Source: Octopus sinensis (lineage: Eukaryota). Taken from it: 64,000 bases of DNA. This document shows positions 14,446 through 27,626 of this stretch, in pieces (within the stretch, counting starts at the first letter, position 1; every line of letters begins with the position of its first letter). The DNA lies in assembly GCF_006345805.1 (NCBI RefSeq), contig NC_043005.1, forward strand, positions 108,934,001-108,998,000, given 5' to 3'. A program made the position numbers and the translations under genes. The notes beneath the pieces were generated by a model. It ran no database searches. It saw nothing but the letters and a program-made list of their open reading frames with translations, and was not told where the DNA came from.

Positions 14446-14611
14446 TACATACACACAGGCTATTGTGAGCAAAACAATCAAATTCTCACCCTTCCTATTC
14501 CATACAAACAATACATGCACATAGTTTATAACATATGACAATATGAGTTGATATACATCTATATAAATATATATAAATGTGTATAAATATCTATGCCAGA
14601 GTATTTGTCTG

Positions 14612-14647
<36 letters not shown>

Positions 14648-14681
14648 CATACATATGTATATATATATATATATATATTTG

Positions 14682-14723
<42 letters not shown>

Positions 14724-14734
14724 ATATACATATA

Positions 14735-14768
<34 letters not shown>

Positions 14769-14850
14769 AGTATATATGTGCATATATATGTATATATATA
14801 TATATTATATTATATATATATATATATAAGTATATATGTGCATATATATG

Positions 14851-14882
<32 letters not shown>

Positions 14883-14946
14883 ATATATATATAAGTATAT
14901 ATGTGCATATATATATACACAGATATATATATATATAATATATATA

Positions 14947-14995
<49 letters not shown>

Positions 14996-15020
14996 TATAT
15001 ATATATAATTATATTATATA
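12700..15020. repeat. Tandem duplication, period about 1346 bp
   Basis: taggtatgtatgtattcttctttctgtcacattcccc occurs at 12771 and 14117; unique blocks look essentially identical and differences are concentrated in microsatellite lengths. Confidence 0.92.
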
Positions 15021-15624
15021 TATGTATGTACGTATGCACACATGCATTTGTCTCTCCGTGTGTATCGATATATATGCAAAAACAACATAACAAGCGGAAT
15101 TCAACACAACGAAAGTCAATGAAGACATACAACAGCAACAACAGCAACAACAACAGCACCAACAATAATAACAGCAATAAGCGAAACATTTGAATTGTCT
15201 AATCTATGAAGTGATTACTGATTGTTTTGATGGCGTGGGGAGTGGGGAGAGGAGGGGAGACATCGGGGGTGGGGGGGTGACTGTGTGATTATAGTCACTG
15301 GGTGATTGTGTGTCATGTTGCATGTAGTAGTCTATGTTGGTAGTTGTGATGCTCATAGTAGAGACACAGATTATATTGTATCTGATGGCAGCAGTAGTAG
15401 TGGTCGAGGTGGTGGTGGTGGTGGTGGTGGTGGTGGTTGGTGGTGGTGGTGGTGGTGGTGGTAGTAGTGGTGGTGTTAATCATGATGTATTGTATGCAGT
15501 TTTTTTTCTTATTCTTGTATTTGTTGTAGCTGTTTTAACTTACTCTGTCTTGGGTTTCTGGTCTTTAGTTGTGATGGTTTTTGTTGTTAATCATAATCCA
15601 TTGTTTAATGTTGTTGTTGATTTT

Positions 15625-15799
15625 TTTGATGATGATGATGATGGTAATGACGATGATGATGATGATGGTGATGATGACAATGATGATGATGGTGACGATG
15701 ATGATGATGACGAAGGTGACAATGGTGATGACGATGATGATGATGAAGATGATGATGGTGATGATGATGACGATGATGATGATGGTGATGGTGATGATG

Positions 15800-15831
<32 letters not shown>

Positions 15832-15908
15832 GGTGATGATGATGGCGATGATAATGACGATGATGATGATGTTGATGATGAAGATGATGACGATGTTGAT
15901 GATGATGG

Positions 15909-15954
<46 letters not shown>

Positions 15955-16005
15955 GACGATGATGATGATGATGGTGATGATGATGATGATGATGATGATG
16001 ATGCT
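15625..16005. repeat. (GAT)n-rich trinucleotide array
   Basis: Direct inspection; gives the poly-D and poly-M ORFs. Confidence 0.95.
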
Positions 16006-16419
16006 AATATTTTTTTCTGGTTTGTTTTGTTTGCTAGTTTATGACTTTTGTTCTGGTTCTTGTTATTGTTGCTGCTGCTGCTGCTGCTGCTACTACTGCT
16101 GCTGGATGTGATAATGATGGTTGGAATTGTTATACCTTATGTTGTTCTTGTATTTGTTATTGTTATTGGTGGTAGTGGTTGTAGTTATTACAGTGGGTAT
16201 TGCTAGTGATACAATTTGTTGTTGATGTTGTTATTGGTGTTTGTGATGACTGTAATGATTTATTGTAGAACTAGTAAGGAAAATGGTTGTTGTTGTTGTA
16301 ATCATGGTTGTAGTGATGCTGATGGGTGTAGTAGAGTTTGGGGGTTGTGGGGAGGTGCTGGTTGTGTTCATGGGGGTGGGGATAGTAATTATAGCTGTGA
16401 TTTTTCGTAATGTTCTTGG

Positions 16420-16615
16420 TGATGTTAAATCCCAGAATAAACATGATCAATAAGACCAGTGATTAATGGCATTCCAACCAGGACCATCCTGTCTCTCCTT
16501 TTCCATATGCAGAAATCTAGGACCACATGATATATGTGTTTTCCTAAGTAAGTAGGGTGAGATTTTGGGGAACTTTGGCTGCTGTTTCTAGCAGACTTAG
16601 CAACTGTGTACAGGT
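16420..16615 (+). mobile_element. Old dispersed repeat (probably a SINE 3' part); related copies near 8050-8200 and 40425-40620
   Basis: Shared accatcctgtct...ttaaga...gag..tt(t)ggctgct(a/g)ttt blocks in three places. Confidence 0.5.
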
Positions 16616-16914
16616 TTTGTTATTGCCTTGATTTTGGTATTGTTGTTGTTGTTATTGCTGATAATGATTTTGGATGGAAGTGATGTTGGTGTTAATGTCT
16701 GTAAATGTAGGTCTCAGAATTATCTCCATAATCTTATCTCTCATATGGTGGTCAGTTTTGGATAAATGGGTTTGGCTTTTTCCATTATATAATATTATGC
16801 ATTTGCAGTGATCATAGCAATGATGATGGACTTTCTGTCAAAATTAAGCCTTATGATTAAACCCCTTTATTAATGCTTAGCTCTCAATTTGGTGCCATTA
16901 TCTACATGCTGCCC

Positions 16915-17034
16915 AAGGCGGCAAGTTGGCAGAATCGTTAGCACTCCAGGAGAAATGCTTTGCAGGTATTTAATCTGACGCTAGTTTTGAGTTCAAATTC
17001 CCCAAGGTCGACTTTGCCTTTCAGCCCTTCAGGG
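16915..17034 (+). mobile_element. SINE family B, 5' part
   Basis: aaggcggcaagttggcagaatcgttagcac...gagttcaaattcc...gtcgactttgcc. Confidence 0.85.
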
Positions 17035-17035
17035 C

Positions 17036-17444
17036 TCTTTACTCTTTTACTCTTTTATTTGTTTCAGTCATTTGACTGCGGCCATACTGGAGCACCGCCA
17101 TTAGTCAAGCAAATCGACCCCGGGACTTATTCTTTGTAAGCCCAGTACTTATTCTATCAGTCTCTTTTGCCGAACCGCTAAGTGACGGGGACGTAAACAC
17201 ACCAGCATCGGTTGTCAAGCAATGCTAGGGGGACAAACACAGACACACAAACACATATATATATATATATATACATATATACGACAGGCTTCTTTCAGTT
17301 TCCGTCTACCAAATCCACTCACAAGGTATTGGTCGGCCCGGGGCTATAGCAGAAGACACTTGCCCAAGATGCCACGCAGTGGGACTGAACCCGGAACGAT
17401 GTGGTTGGTTAGCAAGCTACTTACCACACAGCCACTCCTGCGCC
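17036..17444 (-). mobile_element. SINE family A, full length and little diverged
   Basis: Complete head (aggcgcaggagtggctgtgtgg), internal TA/TG repeat and tail ending in (gagtaaaa)n. Confidence 0.92.
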
Positions 17445-17802
17445 TACATAATGATTTTGGATGGAAGTCATGTCGGTGTTAATGTATATCGCTTTTTCAA
17501 GAACATTTATAGACTGACAACCAGCCTATACAGGAATCTCTACATGGTTGTTAAATCTGTATGAAAACGCAGACAACTCTTCCACAAATATTATCTTGTT
17601 TGAATAATTGGTTAATATAGAAGATAAGCGAATACTTAATTCACTATGACAGAAAAGAAATCAAATTAGTTACAATTAAAATGTTAGATGAACAATGTTT
17701 TCAAAGCAAAAAGACATATTTGTTAAACGTGTACGAACATTGGTGAAAAATAAAAATCATGGGACTTTGTACCAAGTGGAATCCAAAACATATATAAATA
17801 TA

Positions 17803-18128
17803 GGTGCAGGAGTGGCTGTGTGGTAAGTGTGTTCTACTATAGCCTTGGGCCAACCAAAGCCTTGTGAGTGGATTTGGTAGATGGAAACTGAAAGAAGCCT
17901 GTCGCATATATGTATATATGTGTGTGTTTGTCTTCCCTCCCCCTCCCCAACATCGCTTGACAACCAATGCTGGTCTGTTTACATCACTGTAACTTGGCGG
18001 TTCGGCAAAAGAGACTGATAGAATAAGTGCTAGGCTTACAAAGAATAAGTCCTGTGGTCGATTTGCTCAACTAAAGGTGGTGTTCCAGCATGGCCACATT
18101 CAAATGACTGAAGCAAGTAAAAGAGTAA
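17803..18128 (+). mobile_element. SINE family A with an internal deletion across the B box
   Basis: Head jumps from ggtaagtg to ttctactatagcc; tail intact. Confidence 0.85.
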
Positions 18129-18339
18129 ATTGCCTTAGGGAATCTAAAAAATAGTCACACAAACATTACCAAACAATGCCATTTACAAATACTTTATAGA
18201 AATATAGAAATTTACAGCAGAAAAGGAATGCTTATAATAACAACACCAAAGAAGACACCATACTCTCTCTCTCTCTCTCTCTCTCTTAGAGAGGCACAAG
18301 CACCTACACACACACATACACACACGACAGTAACTTCTG

Positions 18340-18481
18340 CCTAGCAAATTCAATCACAAAGCTTCGGTCGGTTCAGGGCTATAGCAGAAGACACCCGCCC
18401 AAAGTGCCATGTGGTAGAACTGAACCTGAAACCATGTAGCTAGGAAGCAAGCTCCCTAACCACACAGCCATGCCCGTGCCT
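18340..18481 (-). mobile_element. SINE family A head
   Basis: Reverse complement of the head and body. Confidence 0.8.
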
Positions 18482-18583
18482 AAAAATGCATGTACATATG
18501 CACAGCGCTATGTGTGTGGCAAGCTTTCTACGGCCAGATGCTCTTCCTGACACCAACCCCCACTTGTTGCCAAGCGAGGTAGT

Positions 18584-18623
<40 letters not shown>

Positions 18624-19012
18624 GATTTCATTTTACAATGACATAGGTTTGTGCAGAATGCATTAAAAAATTCATGCTTCTCATACAGAAATAAGCTTCA
18701 TTATATATGAAACAAATTGTTTTGAAACCTGTAATGCAACACAAATTGAATTAAATCACCATTAGGGACCTAAAAAATTTTAACATCAGGCTTGACATTT
18801 CTAAAACAATAAGTCAGGGAACATTTTTACTACCACAACACTGGATACTAACTGTTCCATATGATACACACATCATATTAAACAAATGCTTTCACAAGGT
18901 GTTCTTGAAATATTCATACCCAACATATTAGTATAACAAATGATATTTGTAAACTAACAGAAGTAACTACACTTGAAATTCAAAATAAAAACAAATATTG
19001 CAAAGTACTTAA

Positions 19013-19232
19013 CCCTTTCTTTACTGTATTTATTTTGAGATGCTCTGTGTTTCTTTCAATTACTTTAAATATAACAAAGAATTTAGTAAAATAACTTAGT
19101 TATCATTCAGCTGGTGTTAGGAACATAAAGTGTGACTAAGGTTCAGTGGAAGATTTTTGTTCAAAACTTTTGAAAACAAGACATTTGTACTCAGAGCCAG
19201 AGTTGGTTTCAGCCGAGTTGGTAACGAAAGGG
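19013..19232. mobile_element. piggyBac-type MITE (TTAA-flanked)
   Basis: TTAA|CCCTTTC at 19009-19019 and GAAAGGG|TTAA at 19226-19236; truncated reverse copy at 32819-32968. Confidence 0.75.
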
Positions 19233-19249
19233 TTAAATATTATATTTAT

Positions 19250-19557
19250 AAAACATTAACCTACCAACTTTCTTACCAGGTTGTGCAGCTCAGCTATCAT
19301 ACTTCAACATTCTTAAAGCACCTCAATTGAATTAATCTCCTATGATTGGATACCACCTGATAAAGTTAACAAAGAGTACCAATAACCTCATATCATCAAA
19401 ACTAAGCACCCTTTATATCCTAAAAATTTGGCACAAACATGCCTCACTAAACCAACTACAACAATTCTTTTGTAGATCGCCTTCTCTATTGACATTGGTA
19501 ACAAACATTTGACTAACAATCTCCAAATGTATTTTAGACAGCTTACCATTTATTATC

Positions 19558-19588
<31 letters not shown>

Positions 19589-20510
19589 CAATTAAGAAAT
19601 AGTAATAAAAAAAAAACACTTTACAAAATTAAAAAATACACAATGGGACAAGTTCCATAAAGAAACAGGATCAAGGCTTTCAGATTTCAGCAACTCCACA
19701 ATAAGCAATATAGACATTGCAGGGAATATACTCAATAAAATAATTATAGACACATCCAGAAAAAGCATTCTGTAGGGGAAAATAACATGAAAAAATACAA
19801 CTCCAATTAAACACCAGAAATAGCCAACCTCGTAAAACTTGGAAACAACTTCAAACACGATATACAAAAACTACACACAATCAAAATAAGACTCAATATC
19901 AAACAACTATGCATGGAATTAGCAATAATAAATAATATAAAATATATCATAGGGAAACAGAAAACTGACATATAAATGAACCAAATGCATCCAGCATAAG
20001 ACAAAAACCTAACATAAATCACAAAAAAGAGATAATCCACAGCAACAAAACCAATGGTCACACCACACCCCACATCACAGTATTAACATCAAATAATATG
20101 AAACACTGATGTCCAAGCAAAAACCCATATCAAAATTCAAGCAAAAGCCCTAATCAAAAATCAGCCACATAAAGGGAGCTGGAAAGGGAAATGAAACAAG
20201 CACACTTTCCATGTAGTTCTGATCCCTTCCTTCCACCTGACACACAAAAGTTTTGGAACCTGATAGAAATCGCATTCAGGCAAAACAGCTCAATCTAAAG
20301 AAATCACTGCAGACATGGATGTTAACATGTACCAACATCGCAAAATTCCTGGAACCTAGAATATGGATAAAATCATTACAATTTTAAAGATCTGCAAAAG
20401 CCAAGTGAAATACTTTATAAAGGGTTCCCACACTTCTATGGACACACAAAAATTCTAGGAAGGTTAATCCTTGACATCACAAACAACCCCTCTAAACAAT
20501 AACAAATTCT
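19250..20510 (+). mobile_element. Highly decayed LINE ORF2 remnant (endonuclease end and linker, I/Jockey-like; clade uncertain)
   Basis: A-rich coding-like strand bias; ..ILDSLPFII (SDHLPI-like) and KLKNTQWDKFHKETG; many stops. Confidence 0.4.
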
Positions 20511-20877
20511 GGCTATTACACTTCTCATAAGTTAAAAACTCTTTATATATAAAGAGATGCAGCACGGAATTTTGTCTGTGAACAGGTCGCAGTCTCAAAG
20601 CGAGGAAAATATTTTGACAAATTAAATTTAAATATCGAAGTGAATCTAACGGTTTTTATGTGTTTCTTAAATGGCTTATAAACACCTTCTATGCTGCAAT
20701 TGTTTTTGTTCCAGCACCCGATCTCAGATCAGGTCACTTGCTATGCAAGTACATCTCCGTAAATCTTTATATGTATATATATTTCATCAACAAAATACAT
20801 CTCCCAAACACATTATTTAAATTCTATGGACATCAGCAAAGATTTTGACTCCATCTTCTGCTAACCACTCATATATA

Positions 20878-21277
20878 GGTGCAGGAGTGATTGTGATAGG
20901 TGCAGGAGTGGCTGTGTGGTATGTAACTTGTGGGTCCAGTCCCACTTCGTGGCACCTTGGGCGAGTGTCTTCTACTATAGCCTTGGGCCAGCCAAAGCAA
21001 TTTGAGTGGATTTGGTAGATGGAAACTGAAAGAAGCCCGTCGTATATATTTATATGTACATATGTGTGTGTGTGTTTGCGTGTCTGTGTTTGTTCCCCCA
21101 ATATTGCTTGACAACCAATGCTGGTGTGCTTATGTCCCTGTAACTTAGTGGTTCGGCAAAAGAGACCGACAGAATAAGTACTAGGCTTACAAAGAATAAT
21201 TCCTGGGTTCGATTTGCTTGACTAAAAGTGGTGCTCCAGCATGGCCACAGTCAAATGACTGAAACAAGTAAAAGAGT
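20878..21277 (+). mobile_element. SINE family A with a duplicated 5' end and an internal deletion
   Basis: ataggtgcaggagtg occurs twice; full tail. Confidence 0.85.
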
Positions 21278-21592
21278 ATATCTGTCCACAGGTTATCTTT
21301 TCTGCCCTTCAGTTCTTCCGGTGCATCATTTTGCTTCTTCATAGATGCTGCTTGGCATGAGTTGTATGACGGTTGTCCTTTCAACTCTTATAAATTTCCT
21401 GACCTGTCTTTTGTAGCTCAAGCTTATGGTGTTTGCCATTCTTGTGAAAGGTGGCATTCAGTCATTTGATCTGATTCTAGATATTTTTGTTTCTATTTCT
21501 GATGCTTTTTCTGATCACAGTAATGGCAGTGGTGGTGTTTGAGCGAGTGTCAGTAAGAATTGTGGCCCTTATCACACATTGCTACTACAGTA

Positions 21593-21671
<79 letters not shown>

Positions 21672-21673
<2 letters not shown>

Positions 21674-22150
21674 AATTATTGTATACAGTGCTCAGGTGCA
21701 CCACAACTTGTCAAAAGTATGTATAAAGCATATGCAGTAATGTACAAATGTCTGGACAGTGTATGAGTCAGATAGATGCTTGCGTGTGTATGGAGGGGAG
21801 AAAATCAGGTGTAGTGTTGGCGAATCTCAGGAAGCATGGAAGTTTTGAAGGATGCAGTGCTCCGACAACTAACAACTGATGCCAGCAGTTTGTTCCATGC
21901 TTCAGCAACTCTTAGTGTGAAAAAATGTTTCCGAAAGTCATGGGAGCTGTACTGTTTTCTGACTTTGTAAACATGTCCACGGGTGTTAGACAAGTGGAGT
22001 TTGAAAAGGTGCTCAGAGTTATTGTGAGTAAGATGGTTGTTATGAAAGTGATGACCATGGTATTTGTCAACAACACAAAAGTTTGTTTGCTCACGACTGA
22101 ATTGGTAATAACTGCATTGATTTTGACATGACATTTTGTTGCCGTTGACC
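21672..22150 (-). mobile_element. CR1/L2-type LINE 3' end
   Basis: TRGHVYKVRKQ...RKHFFTLRVAEAWNKL..VV...S..SFK C-terminal signature; 3'UTR runs into an (ATT)n tail at 21590-21671. Confidence 0.85.
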
Positions 22151-22214
22151 TTATTATTATTATAATTATTATTATTATTATCATTTTTATTATTATTATT
22201 ATTATTTTTATTAA

Positions 22215-22272
<58 letters not shown>

Positions 22273-22805
22273 TTAATATTATTATTATTTTTATTATTTT
22301 TATTATTATTATTATTATTTTTATTATTATTATTATCATCATTATTATTATTATGATTATCATTATTATTATTATTATTACAACAAGGACCTCAAACAGA
22401 CAGTATTTTATAAAATAGGTGTGCAGTTCAAAGTAATGCCAATTTTGTAATACACCTAGACTGAAAGGTATTTCTAAAGTTTTCACACGTTTTTCAGATT
22501 GGCTGGTATTGAATCCAATGCTCTGATGACAAAAGGGATAACCTTTATGCTCGCCCTTTTCTCTTTCTTTCATGATGATATATTGTAGGCATTCTTGCTT
22601 GTCCCTCCTAAAGGTTACTATATCCAACCTTCAGTGCTCTAATACATTGTCTGTCTAGAAGTCAAAGTCCCAGAGGATTTTTGCCTTCCCCTTTTTGTCC
22701 ATTACCTTTTCCAGCGTATGTTGGTACCAAGCACTCATAACCTCATAACCATACTTACAGCATTGTAGCCAGTGGAGTCTTTGTGCTACCTTTTTGGTAT
22801 TATTA

Positions 22806-22866
<61 letters not shown>

Positions 22867-22889
22867 TATCATTATCATTATCATTATTA

Positions 22890-22924
<35 letters not shown>

Positions 22925-22940
22925 TATTATTATTATTATT

Positions 22941-23153
22941 AAGGCAGCAAGCTGGCAGAATCGTTAGCATGCCAGGTGAAATGTTTAGCAGTATTTTGTC
23001 TGTCGCTATATTCTGAGTTCAAATTCTGCCGAGGTTGACTTTGCCTTTCATCCTTTAGGGACCAATAAATTAAGTATCAGTTGAACACTGGGGTCGATGT
23101 AAGCAACACATCCCCTCCCCCAAAATGTGTACCCTTGTGGCTAAATTTGAAAC

Positions 23154-23154
<1 letters not shown>
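22941..23154 (+). mobile_element. SINE family B
   Basis: Head and body match 50845-51078. Confidence 0.88.
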
Positions 23155-23189
<35 letters not shown>

Positions 23190-23250
23190 CATTATTATTA
23201 TTATCATTATTATTATCATCATTATTATTATTATTATTATTGTTATTATT

Positions 23251-23685
23251 GAGTGAGAGAGCAGTGCATGCCATCAAAGTGACACTGGGGTAAAATATAC
23301 AAAGCCCAGTATACCCATCATGAGTACCCGTCTGATAAGGGTACACCTGGCACATGCATCACAACCATATGTGCGTGATATGGTGATCTCATAACAAGAT
23401 AAACAGCGCATGACCTTGCAGGTGGGGTCCAGTTAGAATTTTCTTCTGGTCGAGTAGCACATCCTGCTCAAAAGGTCCCTGAATAAGGATTGTTTAAGGA
23501 TGTTGAACAAACCCCTCTGTTTCCAAAGGTGAATTATCCAAACCTCCAAGAATTCCTTTCAACACATGGCTATGATACACATGTTGTCAGCCACTAAGGG
23601 ACATGGTCAACTGGTTAAGGTCAAACAACTGACAAGCAAATCTGTCGTATTGAGCAGAATATTTACGGTAGCCCATCTTTTATAC
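23251..23685 (-). mobile_element. Dispersed (AAT)n-tailed retroposon (SINE or LINE 3'UTR, unclassified), copy 1
   Basis: About 290 bp near-identical to 23954-24247; both copies start immediately after (ATT)n; distal boundary approximate. Confidence 0.7.
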
Positions 23686-23793
23686 TATCTTTTATTATTA
23701 TTATTATTATTACTATTATTATTATTATTATTATCTTAGTATGTTTATATATTCGTTATGCAAGATTTTTTATGTGAAGTCGTGTGTTGAAAC

Positions 23794-23943
23794 ATATTGT
23801 TATATTTTGGAATGGTCATTTTGCCAGTTTAGCCAATAAAAACACACACACTGTATATATGAAGCAAAATAACACCAAATATATAGTGCGTGTGTTTTTA
23901 TTGGCTAAACTGGCAAAATGACCATTCCAAAATATAACAATAT
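23794..23943. repeat. Inverted repeat, arms about 65 bp, spacer about 20 bp
   Basis: atattgttatattttggaatggtcattttgccagtttagccaataaaaacac and its reverse complement; a single-arm relative lies at about 34265-34310. Confidence 0.9.
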
Positions 23944-23953
23944 TATTATTATT

Positions 23954-24247
23954 GAGTGAGAGAGCAGTTCATGCCATCAAAGTGACACTGGGGTAAAATA
24001 TACGAAGCCCAATATACCCATCATGACTACCCGTCTGATAAAGGTACACCAGGCACATGCATCACAACCATATGTGCGCGATATGGTGATCTCATATCAA
24101 GATAAACAGCACATGACCTTGCAGGTGGGGCCCAGTTAGAATTTTCTTCAGGTTGAGTAGCCCATCCTGCTCAAACGGTCCCTGAATAAGGGTTGCTTTA
24201 GGATGTTGAACGAAACACCTATGTTTCCAGAGGTGAACCATTCAAAC
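23954..24247 (-). mobile_element. Dispersed (AAT)n-tailed retroposon, copy 2
   Basis: gagtgagagagcag.catgccatcaaagtgacactggggtaaaatatac.. shared with 23251. Confidence 0.7.
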
Positions 24248-24807
24248 ATTATTATTATTATTATTACTACCTTCACTGTGAGCTGTGCAACAATGGAGGG
24301 AATAATGTTCACACTTACGGTGATGATAGTGGTGCTCCCAATGTCAACATCGATTCTTTTAGATTTCTTGTTGGTGTTGCTGTTGTTGCTGCTGTTGTCT
24401 TTTCGAATTTTCTTGTTACCATCATGGCCACTTGTTGTGATGATGATGATGGTGTAAGAAGCAGTCTCACATTAGCTGACAGCCGTTAACAGTGAAAATG
24501 CAGCATCAAAGTTGCTGTTTCAACAACTGTTTCCCTCCGTTCACTCTCCTGTCAAAAATTCCAACACCATCTTTTGAAATTCAAATAACAAAAAAAAAAG
24601 AAAAAAACTGTTCAGATTTTAAAATATACCAAATACTACCCCAGATGGAATGTATAGTGGAACAACAAATTTTCTCACCTTACAGTTGTTTAGTAACAAG
24701 TCAGTACAAATATTTCAACAAAATAGTCTCTCAAACCAATAATACAAGCAACAAAACATGATATATAATATGTTTTATTAATATGAAAACAAATAGAATA
24801 TCAATTA

Positions 24808-25046
24808 TTCTTTTATTCTTTTATTTGTTTCAGCCATTTGACTGCAGCTATGCTGGGGCACCACCTTTAGTCAAGTAAATCAACCCCAGGACTTATTCTT
24901 TGTAAGCCTAGAACTTGTTCTATCGGTCTGTCTTGATGAACCACTAAGTGACGGGGATGTAAACACACCAGCATCGGTTGTCAAGCGATGTTGGGGGGGA
25001 CAAACACAGAACGCAAACATATACATGCATATATATGTGTATATAT

Positions 25047-25088
<42 letters not shown>

Positions 25089-25358
25089 TCGTTTAACGTC
25101 CGTTTTCCATGCTATCATGGTTTGGACGGTTCAACCGGGGTCTGGGAAGCCAGGAGGCTGCACCAGGCTATATATATATATATATATACACCTGAGGTTT
25201 CTTTCAGTTTCCATCTACCAAATTCACTCACAAGGCTTTAGTCGGCCTGAGGCTATAGTAGAAGACACTTCCCCAATATGCTACACAGTGGGATGGGACT
25301 GAATCCGGAACCATGTGGCTGGTAAGCAAGCTACTTACCACACACCCACTCCTGCACC
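24808..25358 (-). mobile_element. SINE family A, full length, with an RTE 3' end (25086-25168) inserted in its microsatellite
   Basis: Tail at 24808-25015, TA repeat, tcatcgtttaacgtccgttttccatgc insert, head at 25195-25358. Confidence 0.88.
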
Positions 25359-25361
25359 TAT

Positions 25362-25604
25362 AATTATATTTATTTCCTTATTGCCCACAGGGTGCTAAAC
25401 AGAGAGTGGACAAACAAGGATAGACAAAGGGATTAAGTCGATTACATTGAGCCCAGTGTATAACTGGTACTTATTTAATCGACCCCGAAAGGATGAAAGG
25501 CAAAGTCAACCTCGGCAGAATTTGAACCTAGAATGTAACAGCAGATGAAATATCACTAAGCATTTCACCCGGTGTGCTAACAATTCTGCCAGCTAGCCAC
25601 CCTA
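25362..25604 (-). mobile_element. SINE family B, full length
   Basis: Reverse complement of the family B sequence including the ...ttgtgggcaataaggaaataaa end. Confidence 0.88.
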
Positions 25605-26235
25605 ATAATAATATTATATTAATAATCCTTTCTATTGTAGGCACAAGGCCTGAAATTGGGGGTAAGGGCTAGTTAATTACAGGAGAAGGGATACTCAAAA
25701 TGTATATAGCAGCCACAGAGTGTTTTTAAAAGCAACCCATAACAAAGCCTAAATGACCTAAACACATCAATGGCAGGTTTTGGTCCTTACATGCAGCTTT
25801 AAGTTTTGAGTAGGTCAGTCTAAACACACTGCTTTTGCCAACCTAATCCACCTTCCATAAATTGGAAAGCTTCCTTCAATTTCCTCTTTGGGGGCCACTT
25901 GAAAGTTTTGGGGACTTAATCTAAACGGTAAAAGTTGTCCTCAAACCTTTCACTAAGTCCAGCAGGCAACTTGCTTCAACATAGTGACCAGACAATTAAA
26001 TACTGTCTGGTATCCATTGTAAAAAAGGTAAGAGATTGCAATCTTTCCAATTGACTTGGCAGACAGCTGAATCAGTCTCACATATAATAGCAGCTGTTAA
26101 TAATAAGTCCCAACTGCAATGTACAGATGGCTTCGTCACCTTATCATATATCAGACATTAAGTTGCTGGAAACTGCAATTACATCCATATTTATCTTAAA
26201 AAGCAATGTCCCACATGGCATTACTAGGCAAAGTA

Positions 26236-26628
26236 CTAGCAGTATAGCCCGGCGTTGCTCAGGTTTGTTTCGACCCTTTAGAATTGGAATTTTTGAAAAG
26301 TAAAAGTTTTGCATTATGTAGCTTTTTATTCTCTTTAAGTGAACGTTTTTCTGGCTGAAATACACTGACAAATGGCGACACAGCAGTAAAAATATCGGAA
26401 AAAATAGGGATTTTCATAGAAAAAAAAGCACCTTTTTGATGTAAATAATTTTTGGTATTAACATGGTCTGATTTGAATTTTTTCTTCTACGGTAGAAAGA
26501 GCAAGCCTTCTTCTATCATACTCTCAATTTTGGTCAACTTGTGCTGCAGGGTCTCGGAGGAGATAGTGTTAGTTGAAGGCTACCAAACCTGCCATACACA
26601 GACAACTTCAGCTTTATATATAGAGAGA
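26236..26628 (-). mobile_element. Non-autonomous Helitron, copy 2
   Basis: Same A|TC...CTAG|T termini and closely similar internal sequence to 10032-10429. Confidence 0.8.
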
Positions 26629-26849
26629 TTCATCATAATCAACGTGAATACCCCATCAGTTCATAGGACTTTTCTCAGGCCTTTGACATTCATGTTAATC
26701 TCTTCTTCCTTCCATAGATCTGCCATTCCACTAACGGCATTGTCTAGCTGGTAGTATGAAGTAAGAAGCTGGCAACAAGCCAAATGAACCAACCTCACTC
26801 ACCAGTGAGAGACGAACTATGGAGAATACCTGTCTCACCATTTACCAAC

Positions 26850-26883
<34 letters not shown>

Positions 26884-27566
26884 GAATGTCAAAAGCCTTT
26901 GCATCTTCACCTTTTGCCTGTTCATCATCACCCTCATGTGGATGTTAGCAGTTGAAGGATTACTTTCGAAAGAGTGCAGTGTGTACTGTTTCAGTTCCTC
27001 TATTCAGCTGCCAAATTTAGCTTCTTTGTCAAGATGCCATTCTTGCTAAAAAGCATAACTCTGTGCTCATCAAACTGATTTAAATGACTCAATAATTATG
27101 TCAAAGTTGCCACAACAGAAATGTTATGTCCCTGCCTTTTTTTATGGTGCATTTTACTATGACCTGCTTGTTGCAAAAGCCAGCTGTACTCATTGTTAAA
27201 GACCAAACGTAGTTATAAACGAATAATAATAATAATATATATCCTAAACCTATCTAGGCAGGTTCAAATGCAAAATATACAAGGTGCTGTAGTGTACATC
27301 TTAGTGGAATAACTTCACCCTTTTCCTACAATAGTCTCATTGGTGCATAGCATTCTGGGACTAGATTCATTGGAAGTGCTTCTTCATACATTTCTTTCTT
27401 TTTATCAGCATGCATCTGGCTGTAGCAGAGGAGTTCTTTGTCTGAAATTCAGGGAATTTGTATACATCGTCCAACATTAGAGTTGATAACCATTATTAAT
27501 TGCTGAGCTGTTCAAATAATCAAAAGGTGTCAAATTCTTTCATGGTCATTTCTCTCTTTTGTTACT

Positions 27567-27626
27567 CTTTTACTCTTTTACTTGTTTCAGCCATTTGACT
27601 GCGGCCATGCTGGAGCACCGCCTTTG
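27567..27626 (-). mobile_element. SINE family A extreme 3' tail
   Basis: ttactcttttactcttttacttgtttcagccatttgactgcggccatgctggagcaccgcc. Confidence 0.8.

Noticed and set aside
15334-16111. 236-aa Asp-rich and 176-aa Met-rich ORFs
   Set aside because: A (GAT)n/(GGT)n array open in several frames, with no domain or splice support
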